Below are positions 10,997-21,823 of a stretch of 64,000 nucleotides of DNA, piece by piece; within the stretch, counting starts at the first letter, position 1; every line of letters begins with the position of its first letter. Under the pieces are notes generated by a model. The model worked only from the letters and a program-made list of their open reading frames with translations. It was not told the DNA's origin and ran no database searches. The stretch spans positions 64,001 to 128,000 of IMG/VR virus record IMGVR_UViG_3300017917_001336; one strand, written 5' to 3'. The position numbers and the translations under genes are program-made. The DNA comes from a virus.

Positions 10997-11188
10997 ATGG
11001 CAAAATTAACAAAGCTAGCAAAGGTTAACGAGTCAATTACTATCAATCGTTATGATAACGCATGGATGGTTGAGATTGGCGGTCGTGACAAGAAGGAAGA
11101 TTGGAAAAACACCAAGACAGTATGTAATACTGAACAAGAACTGCTCGATGTAATTAAAGAGTGGAATACTATGGAGTTAGACACATAA
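10997..11188 (+). CDS. Small hypothetical protein
   Basis: AGGAG RBS before ATG 10997; stop overlaps the uvsX start. Confidence 0.65.
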   Translation: MAKLTKLAKVNESITINRYDNAWMVEIGGRDKKEDWKNTKTVCNTEQELLDVIKEWNTMELDT

Positions 11189-12252
11189 TGGCCACTAAAG
11201 CATTTGATTTATCAAAATTTCGTAAAACACTAACTAAGTCTATTGATGGACTTAGCGTAGGTTTTACAGACCCAACTGATTGGGTTAGTACAGGCAATTA
11301 TGCCTTAAATTATCTTATTAGTGGAGATTTTAATAAAGGAATCCCATTAGGTAAGGTTACTGTGTTTGCAGGTGAATCTGGTGCAGGTAAATCTTACATT
11401 TGTTCTGGTAACATTGTAAGAAATGCACAACAACAAGGCATCTATGTTGTATTAATTGACAGCGAAAATGCGCTTGATGAAGAATGGTTAAAGGCACTTG
11501 GTGTTGATACTAGCGAAGACAAGCTTCTTAAGCTAAACATGGCTATGATCGATGATGTTGCTAAGACTATCAATGAATTCATCAAAGAATACAAAGAAAT
11601 GCCCGAGGAGTCACGTCCAAAAGTATTATTTGTTGTTGATTCTTTAGGTATGTTGTTAACCCCAACTGATGTAAATCAGTTTGAGGCAGGAGATCTAAAA
11701 GGTGACATGGGTAGAAAGCCAAAAGCACTTACGGCGCTTGTTCGTAACTGTGTTAATATGTTTGGTAGTCTCAATATTGGCTTGGTGGCAACAAATCATA
11801 CATACGCAAGCCAAGATATGTTCGATCCTGATGACAAAATCAGCGGAGGACAAGGATTCATTTACGCATCTTCTATCGTGGTTGCCATGAAAAAGCTAAA
11901 ACTTAAAGAAGACGAAGACGGTAACAAAGTTTCAGAAGTTAACGGTATTCGTGCCGCATGTAAAATCATGAAAACACGTTATGCTAAACCTTTTGAAGGC
12001 GTCCAAGTTAAGATTCCTTATGAAACAGGTATGAATCCTTACTCAGGTGTTGTTGACTTGTTTGAAAAAGAAGGATTACTCAAGCAAGAAGGTAACAGAC
12101 TTAAATGGGTCGATCCAGAAACTGGAGAAGAATTCAAATTCTATCGAAAAGAGTGGAAAGATGATAAATTAGATATGATAATGGAGAAATTCAATATCAG
12201 AGCTGAAACAAAAACTACCATTCCTGAGGAGATAGACGAGAATGTTGAATGA
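11188..12252 (+). CDS. uvsX: RecA-like recombinase UvsX
   Basis: GESGAGKS Walker A, IDSE, VVDSLG, GG..F.YASS motifs. Confidence 0.93.
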   Translation: MATKAFDLSKFRKTLTKSIDGLSVGFTDPTDWVSTGNYALNYLISGDFNKGIPLGKVTVFAGESGAGKSYICSGNIVRNAQQQGIYVVLIDSENALDEEWLKALGVDTSEDKLLKLNMAMIDDVAKTINEFIKEYKEMPEESRPKVLFVVDSLGMLLTPTDVNQFEAGDLKGDMGRKPKALTALVRNCVNMFGSLNIGLVATNHTYASQDMFDPDDKISGGQGFIYASSIVVAMKKLKLKEDEDGNKVSEVNGIRAACKIMKTRYAKPFEGVQVKIPYETGMNPYSGVVDLFEKEGLLKQEGNRLKWVDPETGEEFKFYRKEWKDDKLDMIMEKFNIRAETKTTIPEEIDENVE

Positions 12253-12475
12253 AACACAAATTGGTGATATCTGGTTGCTTTTTGCAGACTATATCGATAA
12301 AAAGCAAATAGAACAAGCCGCTGAAAGGTATGTGGATTTACTAGCAGATTACGGTGTTAGTGATCGTATTATGCAAAGTGCAACAGGAATTGATGAAAAT
12401 CTTGATGCCGCTATTGAATACTACCTTGACGAGCCCGATGAAGACGATGAAGATTACAAGGAATTGGATTTCTAA
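12242..12475 (+). CDS. Small acidic hypothetical protein
   Basis: Translationally coupled between uvsX and uvsY. Confidence 0.65.
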   Translation: MLNETQIGDIWLLFADYIDKKQIEQAAERYVDLLADYGVSDRIMQSATGIDENLDAAIEYYLDEPDEDDEDYKELDF

Positions 12476-12930
12476 TGAGTTGGTACGCTAAAGTTTCAAA
12501 AGACATTTCGTACATACCGGATGCAGTTGAGTATTTTAACGCTGAACTGCAAGATGCTAGGTCTGAATGCCGAATTACTGGCAATGTAGAAAAAGCTGCG
12601 GCAAATATGCCTGGTATCGTAGAACAACGATTTGGTCAGCTTCAAGAAATTGAGGCAATTTTGGAATATTTAAATATTGAGCTCCGTCGTTTAAAGAGCC
12701 AACACTTTCGCAAGTACTTAGAAAACTACCAACGTGCTCTAAGTTCAAGAGATTGTGAAAAATTTGTTGAAGGTGAGGCAGATGTTGTTGACTTTGAAAA
12801 AATTATCAACGAATTTGCCTTACTACGCAACAAATGGCTTGGAATCACAAAAGCATTAGATCAAAAACAGTGGCAACTTACAAATATTGTAAAATTGCGT
12901 GTTGCAGGTATGGAAGATGCAACGTTATAA
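12475..12930 (+). CDS. uvsY: Recombination mediator UvsY-like
   Basis: Helical 151 aa protein with a KQWQL-type C-terminal motif, in recombination cluster. Confidence 0.7.
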   Translation: MSWYAKVSKDISYIPDAVEYFNAELQDARSECRITGNVEKAAANMPGIVEQRFGQLQEIEAILEYLNIELRRLKSQHFRKYLENYQRALSSRDCEKFVEGEADVVDFEKIINEFALLRNKWLGITKALDQKQWQLTNIVKLRVAGMEDATL

Positions 12931-12954
12931 CTAATTTGTCCAAACTTAACCACA

Positions 12955-12988
12955 TAGGCCTTAAATATTTATGAGGCCTATTTTTTTT
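12955..12988 (+). terminator. Intrinsic terminator
   Basis: TAGGCCT...AGGCCTA hairpin plus long T-tract. Confidence 0.75.
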
Positions 12989-13030
12989 ATAAAAGGTTGA
13001 CTTTTAGATTTCCGGTGTTATAATAAAAAT

Positions 13031-14221
13031 ATGAAGACTATTGACCAATTATTATTGACTATTGTAAATGATACAAGCCCTACTATTGAAGAACAAATTG
13101 CTAGTAGAGATGCAAAAGTATTAAGAAGCCTTGCAACTGCAATTTCCAGTCAAAAATTTATAACTGAAAATCAATCAAAACTATTAATTAAAATTTTGTC
13201 AGAAAATTCTGAAAAAATCCAAAATTTTACAGATGAAATTTTAGTAACTATTTCAACACCGTCGTGGTCAAGAGTGTTTAGACAAATCGATCAAACAAAA
13301 AAATTATATATTTCTCAGTCAATTGACGGTGTTGACCTGTTAGTGGTAGAATTTGCATTTAATTCACAAGTTCGCAAACTTTTGTCAAATTTTTCCAAAA
13401 AAATCAGTGGTCTAGTTCAACACCATAACGGTAGAATTTATCATGCCGAGCTTACTGAAAGAAATATTGTTACATTGGTTGAGCTGTTAACACCACATAA
13501 TTTTGAAATTGAACAAAAAATCCAAGATTTTTACAAAACCATAAAATCTTGGTCAGAAAATGAGGTAAAAAATCAATTTTTAATTACCTCCATAACACAT
13601 CCAAATTTTCAAAAACACATAACAGAAGATTTGGGATTAGAAACTGAAATTGATAAAAACATTATTAATGACAGACGAGTAAGATATCAATATTTTGTTG
13701 AAGATATCAAAAAAACACCAGAAAATTTGACTGAAATTATTGCAAATCGAAAAAGTACAAAACTATGGATTGATCAAACCACTTGCGATCTTTCAGATGT
13801 TATTGCTAGTTTGATTTTCTTAAAAAGACTACCAATTCTTTTTATATTTGACACATATGACACTAAAGGGTGTGTTGAAAATTTGAAAATTTTGTCAAAA
13901 TCTTTGAAAAAAAATGAAATTTTTGACCAAGTAGGAATTTACTTTAGATTACCTAATTCAGAGACCGGTATAGAATTTAATAAATTTATTGCAGACAATC
14001 AATACAACTGCCAACTAGATCAAGACACAAAAATAGTGGCGGTGCAAAATGGAAAAATACCAAAATTTTTCCTAAAAACTGACTGGAAACCAATGAGCGT
14101 TATTGCAATTGGTAATTCATTAAAACAGACAAAAACAGCCGTCTATGCTAACATGTGTGACTTAATTATTTCATACACTACACAACAACCAATTATAGAG
14201 ACAAGAACGCTATGGGAGTAA
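13031..14221 (+). CDS. Hypothetical protein (AT-rich)
   Basis: 396 aa ORF with TTGACT-N17-TATAAT directly upstream. Confidence 0.6.
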   Translation: MKTIDQLLLTIVNDTSPTIEEQIASRDAKVLRSLATAISSQKFITENQSKLLIKILSENSEKIQNFTDEILVTISTPSWSRVFRQIDQTKKLYISQSIDGVDLLVVEFAFNSQVRKLLSNFSKKISGLVQHHNGRIYHAELTERNIVTLVELLTPHNFEIEQKIQDFYKTIKSWSENEVKNQFLITSITHPNFQKHITEDLGLETEIDKNIINDRRVRYQYFVEDIKKTPENLTEIIANRKSTKLWIDQTTCDLSDVIASLIFLKRLPILFIFDTYDTKGCVENLKILSKSLKKNEIFDQVGIYFRLPNSETGIEFNKFIADNQYNCQLDQDTKIVAVQNGKIPKFFLKTDWKPMSVIAIGNSLKQTKTAVYANMCDLIISYTTQQPIIETRTLWE

Positions 14222-15678
14222 AATTAGTCATAAAAGACGAGGTCAATATCAAATTTGAGAATCTTGCATTAGACGCTCGCAAGAAATTAGCCAACACCTT
14301 TAAATATGAGATTCCATACGCTAGATACCATCCGGCATTTAAATTAGGTCGATGGGATGGCATGGTTAGTTTGTTTGGATTAGGCGGTAATGGATACCTA
14401 AGTCAATTAGAAACTATATTAGACATACTTGGTAAAATGGGTGTTGAGATCGAAGAAGTAGAAGATCTAAGAACTACACAAAAAATATCCTTTATACCGG
14501 TTACAGAAACATACTGGGCGGATAAAGGCAAGGTCTGGCCAAAAGGGCATCCACAGGAGGGTCAGCCCATTATGCTTCGCGATTATCAAGTTGAAGCGAT
14601 TAATAAGTTTTTAGAAAATACGCAGGCATTACAAGAAATTGCAACCGGTGCCGGCAAGACAATTACTACTGCAACTCTGAGTCATCTTGCTGAAAAATAT
14701 GGTCGAACAATTACTATTGTTCCAAACAAATCACTAGTTGAACAAACTGAAGAAGATTTTCTAAATGTTGATTTAGATGTTGGTGTTTATTACGGAGATC
14801 GAAAAGATCTTAATAAAACTCATACAATATGTACTTGGCAAAGTCTCAACATTTTAGATAAAAAATCTAAAAATCATGAACAAGATATCGTTACTTTAGC
14901 AGAATTTTTAGATGGTGTAAAAACTGTAATTGTTGACGAGGTCCATATGGCTAAAGCTGAAGTTTTGAAAAATTTACTTACACAAAACTTATGTAACGCA
15001 GCAATTCGTTGGGGACTAACCGGAACAGTACCTAAAGAAAAATTTGAAAGCGAAAGTATTTTTGCCAGTATTGGTCCGGTAATTGGCGGTATTAAGGCGC
15101 ACGAACTACAAGAAAAAGGTGTGTTATCAAACTGCCATGTTAATGTAGTGCAAATGATAGATACCGTAGAATTTAGGAGTTATGCAGAAGAATTAAAGTA
15201 TCTTGTCACAGACGAAGATCGAATGATTTATATTAGTAAATTAATTAAGGGCATTAGTGAAACAGGCAATACGTTAGTGTTAGTTAATAGAATTGATTCA
15301 GGCAAATTTTTAATAAATGAAATCGAAGACGCTGTTTTTATTTCAGGCGAAGTAAAAACAACAGCAAGAAAGGAAGAATATGACGAAGTTAGGACCAGTA
15401 GCAACAAGATTATTGTGGCGACTTACGGTGTGGCCGCTGTGGGTATTAATATCCCTAGGATTTTTAATCTGGTTCTTTTGGAGCCCGGAAAGAGCTTTGT
15501 CCGCGTTATACAAAGTATTGGGCGAGGTATTAGAAAAGCCGAAGACAAAGACTTCGTTCAAATCTGGGACATTACCTCTACATGTAAGTACGCAAAGCGG
15601 CATCTTACGGAGAGGAAGAAATTTTATAAGGAAGCCAAATACCCGTTTACGTTAGAAAAAACGGATTGGTCTAAATAA
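14212..15678 (+). CDS. uvsW: SF2 helicase UvsW-like
   Basis: LRDYQ, ATGAGKT, DEVH, LTGT, QSIGRGIR. Confidence 0.9.
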   Translation: MGVKLVIKDEVNIKFENLALDARKKLANTFKYEIPYARYHPAFKLGRWDGMVSLFGLGGNGYLSQLETILDILGKMGVEIEEVEDLRTTQKISFIPVTETYWADKGKVWPKGHPQEGQPIMLRDYQVEAINKFLENTQALQEIATGAGKTITTATLSHLAEKYGRTITIVPNKSLVEQTEEDFLNVDLDVGVYYGDRKDLNKTHTICTWQSLNILDKKSKNHEQDIVTLAEFLDGVKTVIVDEVHMAKAEVLKNLLTQNLCNAAIRWGLTGTVPKEKFESESIFASIGPVIGGIKAHELQEKGVLSNCHVNVVQMIDTVEFRSYAEELKYLVTDEDRMIYISKLIKGISETGNTLVLVNRIDSGKFLINEIEDAVFISGEVKTTARKEEYDEVRTSSNKIIVATYGVAAVGINIPRIFNLVLLEPGKSFVRVIQSIGRGIRKAEDKDFVQIWDITSTCKYAKRHLTERKKFYKEAKYPFTLEKTDWSK

Positions 15679-15684
15679 GGAATC

Positions 15685-16191
15685 ATGCAGATATTAACAT
15701 TAGAAAACAAAACATTTAGTTTAAACAATCTACCAGACGAAGTAGATGATAGTACAAGATTTGCTGTGCTAGATAATAGTTCACCAACCGAACCCGACTT
15801 CTTTTTTATGCCGTTAATATTTTTAGAATCATTTAATGCACCTGCAATGGTTTTAAGAATTGGAGAAGACGAAGTAACAATGCCAATTGATTGGTCAATA
15901 GCTGTTGGGGATAGTACAGCAGCAAGTGATATTGAAATTTTACCATTAACTAGTCTAAATGATAGGGGCTTTGAAGCATTAATTTTTAATCCATTAAGTT
16001 CATTTAGAGTGGAATTTAAAAAGATTGAAATTGTAAATTTTTACAACGATGTTAAATGGTATTTCCCTAAAATGAAGAATGGACAATTACTAGCAGTCCC
16101 TACTACATTCGGCGATAAACCTAGCTGCGCATACTTTGTTAAAGAAATTAGTAGACAAAGTGAAATAATTCATCTGGATAAAATATTATGA
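15685..16191 (+). CDS. Hypothetical protein
   Basis: ORF with RBS, in operon. Confidence 0.6.
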   Translation: MQILTLENKTFSLNNLPDEVDDSTRFAVLDNSSPTEPDFFFMPLIFLESFNAPAMVLRIGEDEVTMPIDWSIAVGDSTAASDIEILPLTSLNDRGFEALIFNPLSSFRVEFKKIEIVNFYNDVKWYFPKMKNGQLLAVPTTFGDKPSCAYFVKEISRQSEIIHLDKIL

Positions 16192-16832
16192 CATTAAGAG
16201 TTGCATACTTTCAACCCACAGTATTAGCCATTGACGATATACCGCCAATGGAATTTAGTAAGATCTATAATCTTGCTGAATCATTACACGGACACCCCGA
16301 ACTTAACGATAGCGGAAATCCTATGATTAGCATTAGAGGTGGTCAACAGATACATGTATATCCTAATCAGTTAGGGCTTGATGTTACATGGCTAGTTAAA
16401 TGGTTAGAAACTATCTGTCAAGGGTATTTAGAACTAATTTCTGCACAATCAGGCACCGAAGAATTAAAATATTGTCAACCAAAAATTGTAAGTATATGGA
16501 CTATTAGACAGTTTGAAGGTGATTATCAAGAAATGCATAGTCATCCAGGCGGGCACCTTAGCGGAAACATGTACATTAGTTCTCCAGAGTTAGCACCCGG
16601 TAGTAGTTCGAGTGATAGTCAAATTTTATTTCGATTGCCTGTAACTAAGGATATTACTAAATTTGTAATGAATGATACTTGGAAATATAATCCAACACCG
16701 GGTACTGTTATTTTGTTTCCAAGCACATTACCTCACACAGTTTATCCATGGAAGGGAACTGGACATAGAACTGTCATGGCATTTGATGCTGTATTAGAAC
16801 CAAAAAAGGATCTTCAAGATGGGAACTCTTAA
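16188..16832 (+). CDS. 2OG-Fe(II) oxygenase family protein
   Basis: HxH (MHSHP), LSG..Y, LFPS.LPH.V, R...AF. Confidence 0.8.
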   Translation: MTLRVAYFQPTVLAIDDIPPMEFSKIYNLAESLHGHPELNDSGNPMISIRGGQQIHVYPNQLGLDVTWLVKWLETICQGYLELISAQSGTEELKYCQPKIVSIWTIRQFEGDYQEMHSHPGGHLSGNMYISSPELAPGSSSSDSQILFRLPVTKDITKFVMNDTWKYNPTPGTVILFPSTLPHTVYPWKGTGHRTVMAFDAVLEPKKDLQDGNS

Positions 16833-17085
16833 ACCTGGAGCCACTTATATTTACGAGCGTGACAAAGGTGTTGTTTATGCTAGAGAAGTTGGGGCAGATC
16901 CTAGCACTAAAAAAGCAATTGGTTGGGACCACGACTCTAACATTTACAAATCGATGTCAGATAACTATCATAATTCGATACTTTGGAAAAATATTTTTGA
17001 AGAAGCAAAAACCAATCACACTTTACAACAAGCAATTGAACGTGTTATAATATTATATAAATTGAGTGTATCTAAGTATGAGTGA
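16819..17085 (+). CDS. Hypothetical protein
   Basis: Coupled ORF. Confidence 0.55.
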   Translation: MGTLKPGATYIYERDKGVVYAREVGADPSTKKAIGWDHDSNIYKSMSDNYHNSILWKNIFEEAKTNHTLQQAIERVIILYKLSVSKYE

Positions 17086-17554
17086 AAAAGTTGAACTAAA
17101 AGAGAAGTTACAAGCAGTTGATCAAAACGTCCGAGAACTATGGGATGCGATGGATGCTGAACAGCAAAAAGCTCTTAAGAACGAATTTTTTATTCTTAAT
17201 CGGTATATTAGTAATGTCCAAGGACAAAAAAGAGAAATACAAGAACATTTTGTTTTAACAGTCAACGAATATTTTAACAAGCATTGGAACTTACTGCAAA
17301 AACATCCTAAACTTATGTGGATGTTGTTGTGTATGTGTAATTACAACGGACAAACATTTTTCCATCAGTGGATTGGTAACAAAAAGAAAGACAGCACCAA
17401 CAATAAAAAAACTAAATTTTTGTTAGAAATATATCCTAATAAAAAATCTGATGAGATTGAATTGCTTAGTATAATGACTACTGATAAGGAAATAAAAGAC
17501 CTTGCAAAACGCCACGGATTTGATGATGCAACTATCGCAAAAAAGTTTAAATGA
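17078..17554 (+). CDS. Possible clamp-loader small subunit (gp62-like)
   Basis: FILNRYIS and FHQWI-type pattern; replication context. Confidence 0.45.
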   Translation: MSEKVELKEKLQAVDQNVRELWDAMDAEQQKALKNEFFILNRYISNVQGQKREIQEHFVLTVNEYFNKHWNLLQKHPKLMWMLLCMCNYNGQTFFHQWIGNKKKDSTNNKKTKFLLEIYPNKKSDEIELLSIMTTDKEIKDLAKRHGFDDATIAKKFK

Positions 17555-18246
17555 TGTCTTTAATTGATTCTCAAGCATATACCTGCCAGTATTGCGGACA
17601 TAAATTTTCAAAAGAAAAAACATTAGCAGTACATGTCTGCGAGCAAAAACGTAGGGCGTTAGCTAAAACAGAAAGACATGTTGTTCTTGGGTTTGACACA
17701 TACAATAAATTTTTTAGAATGTCTCAAAATTCAAAGCACGATAAAACATACGAAGAATTTGCAAAAAGTCCATACTATAATGCTTTTGTAAAATTTGGCA
17801 GTTTTGTAAGCAATGTTAATCCGTTATATCCAGATAAGTTTATTCATTATGTAGTCACAAGTGGTGTTAAGTTAGACCATTGGTGTAGAGACGAACTTTA
17901 TGAGAAGTATGTGTTAGATCTTATTAAAACAGAAAATGTTGAAACTGCATTAGAACGCAGCATTAGACATATGATGGACTGGGCAGACAATAATCAAGCA
18001 CAATGGAATCATTACTTTTTATATGTTAGTCTTAACAGAGCAACGTACGATATTAAGGACGGAAAAGTTAGTCCTTGGGTAATACTAAACTCTAAAAACG
18101 GCAAAGAAATGTTACAAAAACTCAGTGATGAACAGCTGGCGGCAATAAGTAATATTATAGATTTACAATTTTGGCTTAATAAATTTAAGAAACTGCCAGC
18201 TGATACAGAATTAGTGCGGCAAGTAGTTAAGGAATCAAACATATGA
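17551..18246 (+). CDS. Hypothetical protein with N-terminal C2HC zinc finger
   Basis: CQYC-x12-HVC. Confidence 0.6.
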   Translation: MMSLIDSQAYTCQYCGHKFSKEKTLAVHVCEQKRRALAKTERHVVLGFDTYNKFFRMSQNSKHDKTYEEFAKSPYYNAFVKFGSFVSNVNPLYPDKFIHYVVTSGVKLDHWCRDELYEKYVLDLIKTENVETALERSIRHMMDWADNNQAQWNHYFLYVSLNRATYDIKDGKVSPWVILNSKNGKEMLQKLSDEQLAAISNIIDLQFWLNKFKKLPADTELVRQVVKESNI

Positions 18247-18637
18247 CAAATCCATCAAACCATGTAAGCGGAAATCCAGACGCACTACATTTAGATTTAG
18301 AAGTAATTGTATCAGAAGAAGATAATTCTGTTTATGTAAAATTTATTGGCTTTGATACCATTGAAGAAGCAGACGATTATGCAACCTACTTAACTGATAC
18401 ACTTCCGTTATTACTATTTGAGTCACAGGTGAAACATTGAAAACTAGAATTTTACACGATGGCAAAATTGTTGAAGAACTTGACGAAGCACGAGTGTATT
18501 CTATTAAGACAAGATGCCCCGATAAGTGGGTACTAATCGATATGGAAACAGGGGAGCAATACCGGCCATATCGAACAGATGGTAAAAATGATTGGGAACA
18601 AGTACATGCAGTTGAATGGAAAAGGGTTGATTACTAA
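18243..18637 (+). CDS. Two small coupled hypothetical ORFs (18243-18440, 18437-18637)
   Basis: Overlapping start/stop codons in operon. Confidence 0.5.
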
Positions 18638-19215
18638 TGCCTGATATTGATATTGACTTTGCTGACAGAACAAAGGCACTTGAGCATTTCAAGCATGTTA
18701 CTGCGGCTATTGAAGATAATAGTACTTTTAAAAAGCACAATACTGGAATATATTGTACTTCTGTGCCGCACAACCCGTTCACAGGGCTAAGTACAATAGA
18801 TTATAAAGAAGCAGAAGATAGAGGTTATTTCAAGATAGATTTCTTGAACGTTAGTGTATATGATAAAGTGCGTGACCGAGCACATCTTAAACAATTAATG
18901 GAGACTGAACCACTATGGGATCTACTGGAACAAGACGATTTCACGGATTTACTATTCCACGTAAATGGGCATGGGAGCTTATTGAGACAGATGAAGCCTA
19001 CTTCCATCGAAGAATTGGCAATGTGTCTCGCTTTAATCCGCCCAGCGAAGAAACACCTTATAGGGAAGGGATGGACGGAGATTGGGAAGACGATTTGGGA
19101 GAAGCCAGAGAACGGTGAGTATTACTTTAAGAAAGCTCACGCTATTGCTTACGCTCATGTTGTAGTAGTGCAAATGAACTTAATTTGTGAAAGTATTAGT
19201 TACGGATTTAGTTAA
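18637..19215 (+). CDS. Miniature DNA polymerase III alpha (DnaE)-like protein
   Basis: PDIDIDF, KH.TG, KIDFL, LIRPA, FKKAHAIAYA motifs of C-family polymerases. Confidence 0.8.
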   Translation: MPDIDIDFADRTKALEHFKHVTAAIEDNSTFKKHNTGIYCTSVPHNPFTGLSTIDYKEAEDRGYFKIDFLNVSVYDKVRDRAHLKQLMETEPLWDLLEQDDFTDLLFHVNGHGSLLRQMKPTSIEELAMCLALIRPAKKHLIGKGWTEIGKTIWEKPENGEYYFKKAHAIAYAHVVVVQMNLICESISYGFS

Positions 19216-19586
19216 CGAGTTTTTCTAACAAGTTGAACAGATTTACGTTTAACCCGCTTCATTGTTAAGTTCATTAAGTTTACTACAGGTCCTAGTATTA
19301 TTCGAACATCTTTGCTATTAAACGTCTTAATTGCGTATGCAAATGGTTGTATTTGATCCTTGCAAATAATACTAATGGGATACTGTCTATTTGATTCCCA
19401 CCACCAAGTTTCTCCTATTTCTAAAAATAGAGCTTGCTCTTCGGGGGATCTTATAGCGTTAAGATCGTAGAAACTTGTTACATACTGATCTTGATTAATT
19501 ATAATACCCACATACTCGCTATCGCCGTAGTTTAGTACGCTGATAAAGGGCATATTTTGTTCAATGTTGTCTCTTAATTTTGCCAT
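19212..19586 (-). CDS. Hypothetical protein
   Basis: 124 aa ORF filling the gap, convergent with the DnaE-like gene. Confidence 0.65.
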   Translation of the reverse strand: MAKLRDNIEQNMPFISVLNYGDSEYVGIIINQDQYVTSFYDLNAIRSPEEQALFLEIGETWWWESNRQYPISIICKDQIQPFAYAIKTFNSKDVRIILGPVVNLMNLTMKRVKRKSVQLVRKTR

Positions 19587-19614
19587 AAATAGTATATAAA
19601 GGGTCTTGCCAGGT

Positions 19615-20703
19615 ATGCAAAAAATCTCAAGTTATTTATATCCGAATAGAGTAATACTATTAGCCGATTTGGCGGGCTTTCCTGTGGAGTGGACAAACGT
19701 GTACCAAAGAACAATAAAAATTTACAATGGCATTGATAATACTATCGAGTTTGATATTAAGAATGCTGATCAAAAACGTATCGATTTAGATACATTAACG
19801 AATATTGAATTGAATGTTATGGATGCCCAAGGGATTGCATTACCTAACAGCCCTTATACTATAACACCGTTTGATCAAACTAGCAGAAAAGGTTTAGCAT
19901 CTGTTACAATTCCGCAAGATGACTTAATTGATTTAACATCTCAAAATCTAAAGTATAGTGTGAGTGCTAATTCCAACGGAAACAACGTATTACTATATTG
20001 TGATAGTAGATTTGGTGCTGTAGGTACTATTGAGCTAGTCGGTAGTGCAATGCCTGTAGATAGAGCTAGTAGAACATATGATTCTTTTACCGCAGAAATT
20101 GATTTAAAAGGCTTCCCAACTTGGCATTCTAGTGCAATACCTACAAAATTTTATGAAGCAGTTCCTACAACAACATTACAGTTTGATATTGATGTTAAGG
20201 GGTTAACTGGAAACGTTTGGATTGAAGGCACTAAGAAAAGCACCATTAATACCGAAGCATTCAAAACTGGAGATATAGTATATTCTTTCTCAGATTGTAA
20301 TGACACTACTGACACACTTTCTTCGCCAGCTTTGAATATAGGTGATTATCAATATTTTAGAGTTTCTTATGCTACACAACTTGGAAACGGCATTGGTGCA
20401 GCATTTGCAGTTACTCAGCGAGATGGCGACTATGATGTAGTTGTTAGAGCAGGCGGAACTGGTTATGCTGTAGGAAGTCAAATTAAAATTTTTGGTAGCT
20501 TAATTGGCGGAACTGACGGTGTGAACGATCTAATTATAACGGTTACCCAAGTTGACGGCGCATCAACTGGATACATTTCAAGTTATTCTGTTAGTTCAGC
20601 TTCTGGTATTTCTTGGACAGGTAATGCAGCACCTGGCTCGTCAACATTTGTAGTAACGGGCAAAAATATTACCGGAACTGTTGACAAAGTTACAGTAAAT
20701 TAA
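19615..20703 (+). CDS. Hypothetical structural (beta-rich) protein
   Basis: TAAATA promoter upstream; GGTGYAVG-type segment. Confidence 0.55.
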   Translation: MQKISSYLYPNRVILLADLAGFPVEWTNVYQRTIKIYNGIDNTIEFDIKNADQKRIDLDTLTNIELNVMDAQGIALPNSPYTITPFDQTSRKGLASVTIPQDDLIDLTSQNLKYSVSANSNGNNVLLYCDSRFGAVGTIELVGSAMPVDRASRTYDSFTAEIDLKGFPTWHSSAIPTKFYEAVPTTTLQFDIDVKGLTGNVWIEGTKKSTINTEAFKTGDIVYSFSDCNDTTDTLSSPALNIGDYQYFRVSYATQLGNGIGAAFAVTQRDGDYDVVVRAGGTGYAVGSQIKIFGSLIGGTDGVNDLIITVTQVDGASTGYISSYSVSSASGISWTGNAAPGSSTFVVTGKNITGTVDKVTVN

Positions 20704-20716
20704 GTATAATAGTGCT

Positions 20717-21721
20717 ATGAGCCTCATAGCCGATACTTTACTAACTTATCTTCCTGCTAAAAAGAAACACACTCCAAGTGGTTGGATTAGTTTTAACGCA
20801 CCCTGTTGTGGTGATAAGCGTATGCGTGGCGGATTTATTGTTAACGCAGGCGATGCAGTAAGTTATCATTGTTTTAATTGCGGGTTCAAAGCAAGTTGGC
20901 AACCTGGCCGAACAATCAGTCAAAAGATGAATAAACTCATGCGGGATTTGAACATGCCCGATGATGTTATTAGCCAATTAAGATTAGAAGCATTGCGTCT
21001 TAATGAAAATTCAAACGCAACTGTGAGACAAGTTATTCCAACATTCGAAGAACGTGCTTTGCCAATGGACGCAAAGAGTTTAGAAGAATGGAGTACCTGG
21101 ATTGAGCTACAGGGTTGGGAAAATACTGACCAAGAACTAATCAATGCGTTTTGTTATTTACGAAACAACCGAGCAATAGATCCATATTCATATCCGTTTT
21201 ATTGGACTAACAAAATAGGATTTAAAAATAGAATTATTATTCCTTTTTATAAAGACGGCAAAGTTGTAGGCTATACTGCCCGTGCTACTAATGATGCTAA
21301 ACCTAAGTTTATTAGTGAACAACAACCAGGTTATGTTTTTAATTTAGATAGACAAACGCAGGATAAAGAATTCGTAATTGTATGTGAAGGCCCATTTGAT
21401 GCGATAAGTATTGACGGCTGTGCAATTTTAGGTGCAGAAATTAAAGATAGTCAAAACTGGTTATTAAAACAACTAGGCAAAGAAATTATCTTAGTACCAG
21501 ATAGAGACCATGAAGGCCCACGTACAGTAGAACAAGCACTAGAATTTGGTTGGTCAGTTAGCATGCCTGAATGGTCCGACGGCGTTAAAGACGTTAATGA
21601 CGCAGTTAAAAAATATGGACGTTTAGCAACACTATATTTGATTTTGCAATCACGAGAATCAAATAACCTTAAAATACAACTAAAGGCAAAGAAATGGTTC
21701 AAGGAACAAGAGAATGTATAA
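20717..21721 (+). CDS. DNA primase (gp61/DnaG-like)
   Basis: Zinc finger CC...HCFNC, RIIIP, TOPRIM EGPFD and PDRD, KDVND. Confidence 0.92.
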   Translation: MSLIADTLLTYLPAKKKHTPSGWISFNAPCCGDKRMRGGFIVNAGDAVSYHCFNCGFKASWQPGRTISQKMNKLMRDLNMPDDVISQLRLEALRLNENSNATVRQVIPTFEERALPMDAKSLEEWSTWIELQGWENTDQELINAFCYLRNNRAIDPYSYPFYWTNKIGFKNRIIIPFYKDGKVVGYTARATNDAKPKFISEQQPGYVFNLDRQTQDKEFVIVCEGPFDAISIDGCAILGAEIKDSQNWLLKQLGKEIILVPDRDHEGPRTVEQALEFGWSVSMPEWSDGVKDVNDAVKKYGRLATLYLILQSRESNNLKIQLKAKKWFKEQENV

Positions 21722-21823
21722 ACTTTGGCAATTCTTAAAAAACCCGTTTACGTATATTCAAAATCGTAGATTGCTCAAGAAACGACTCGACGAGTTGCGT
21801 AAAAGAGATCCGTTTATATACAA

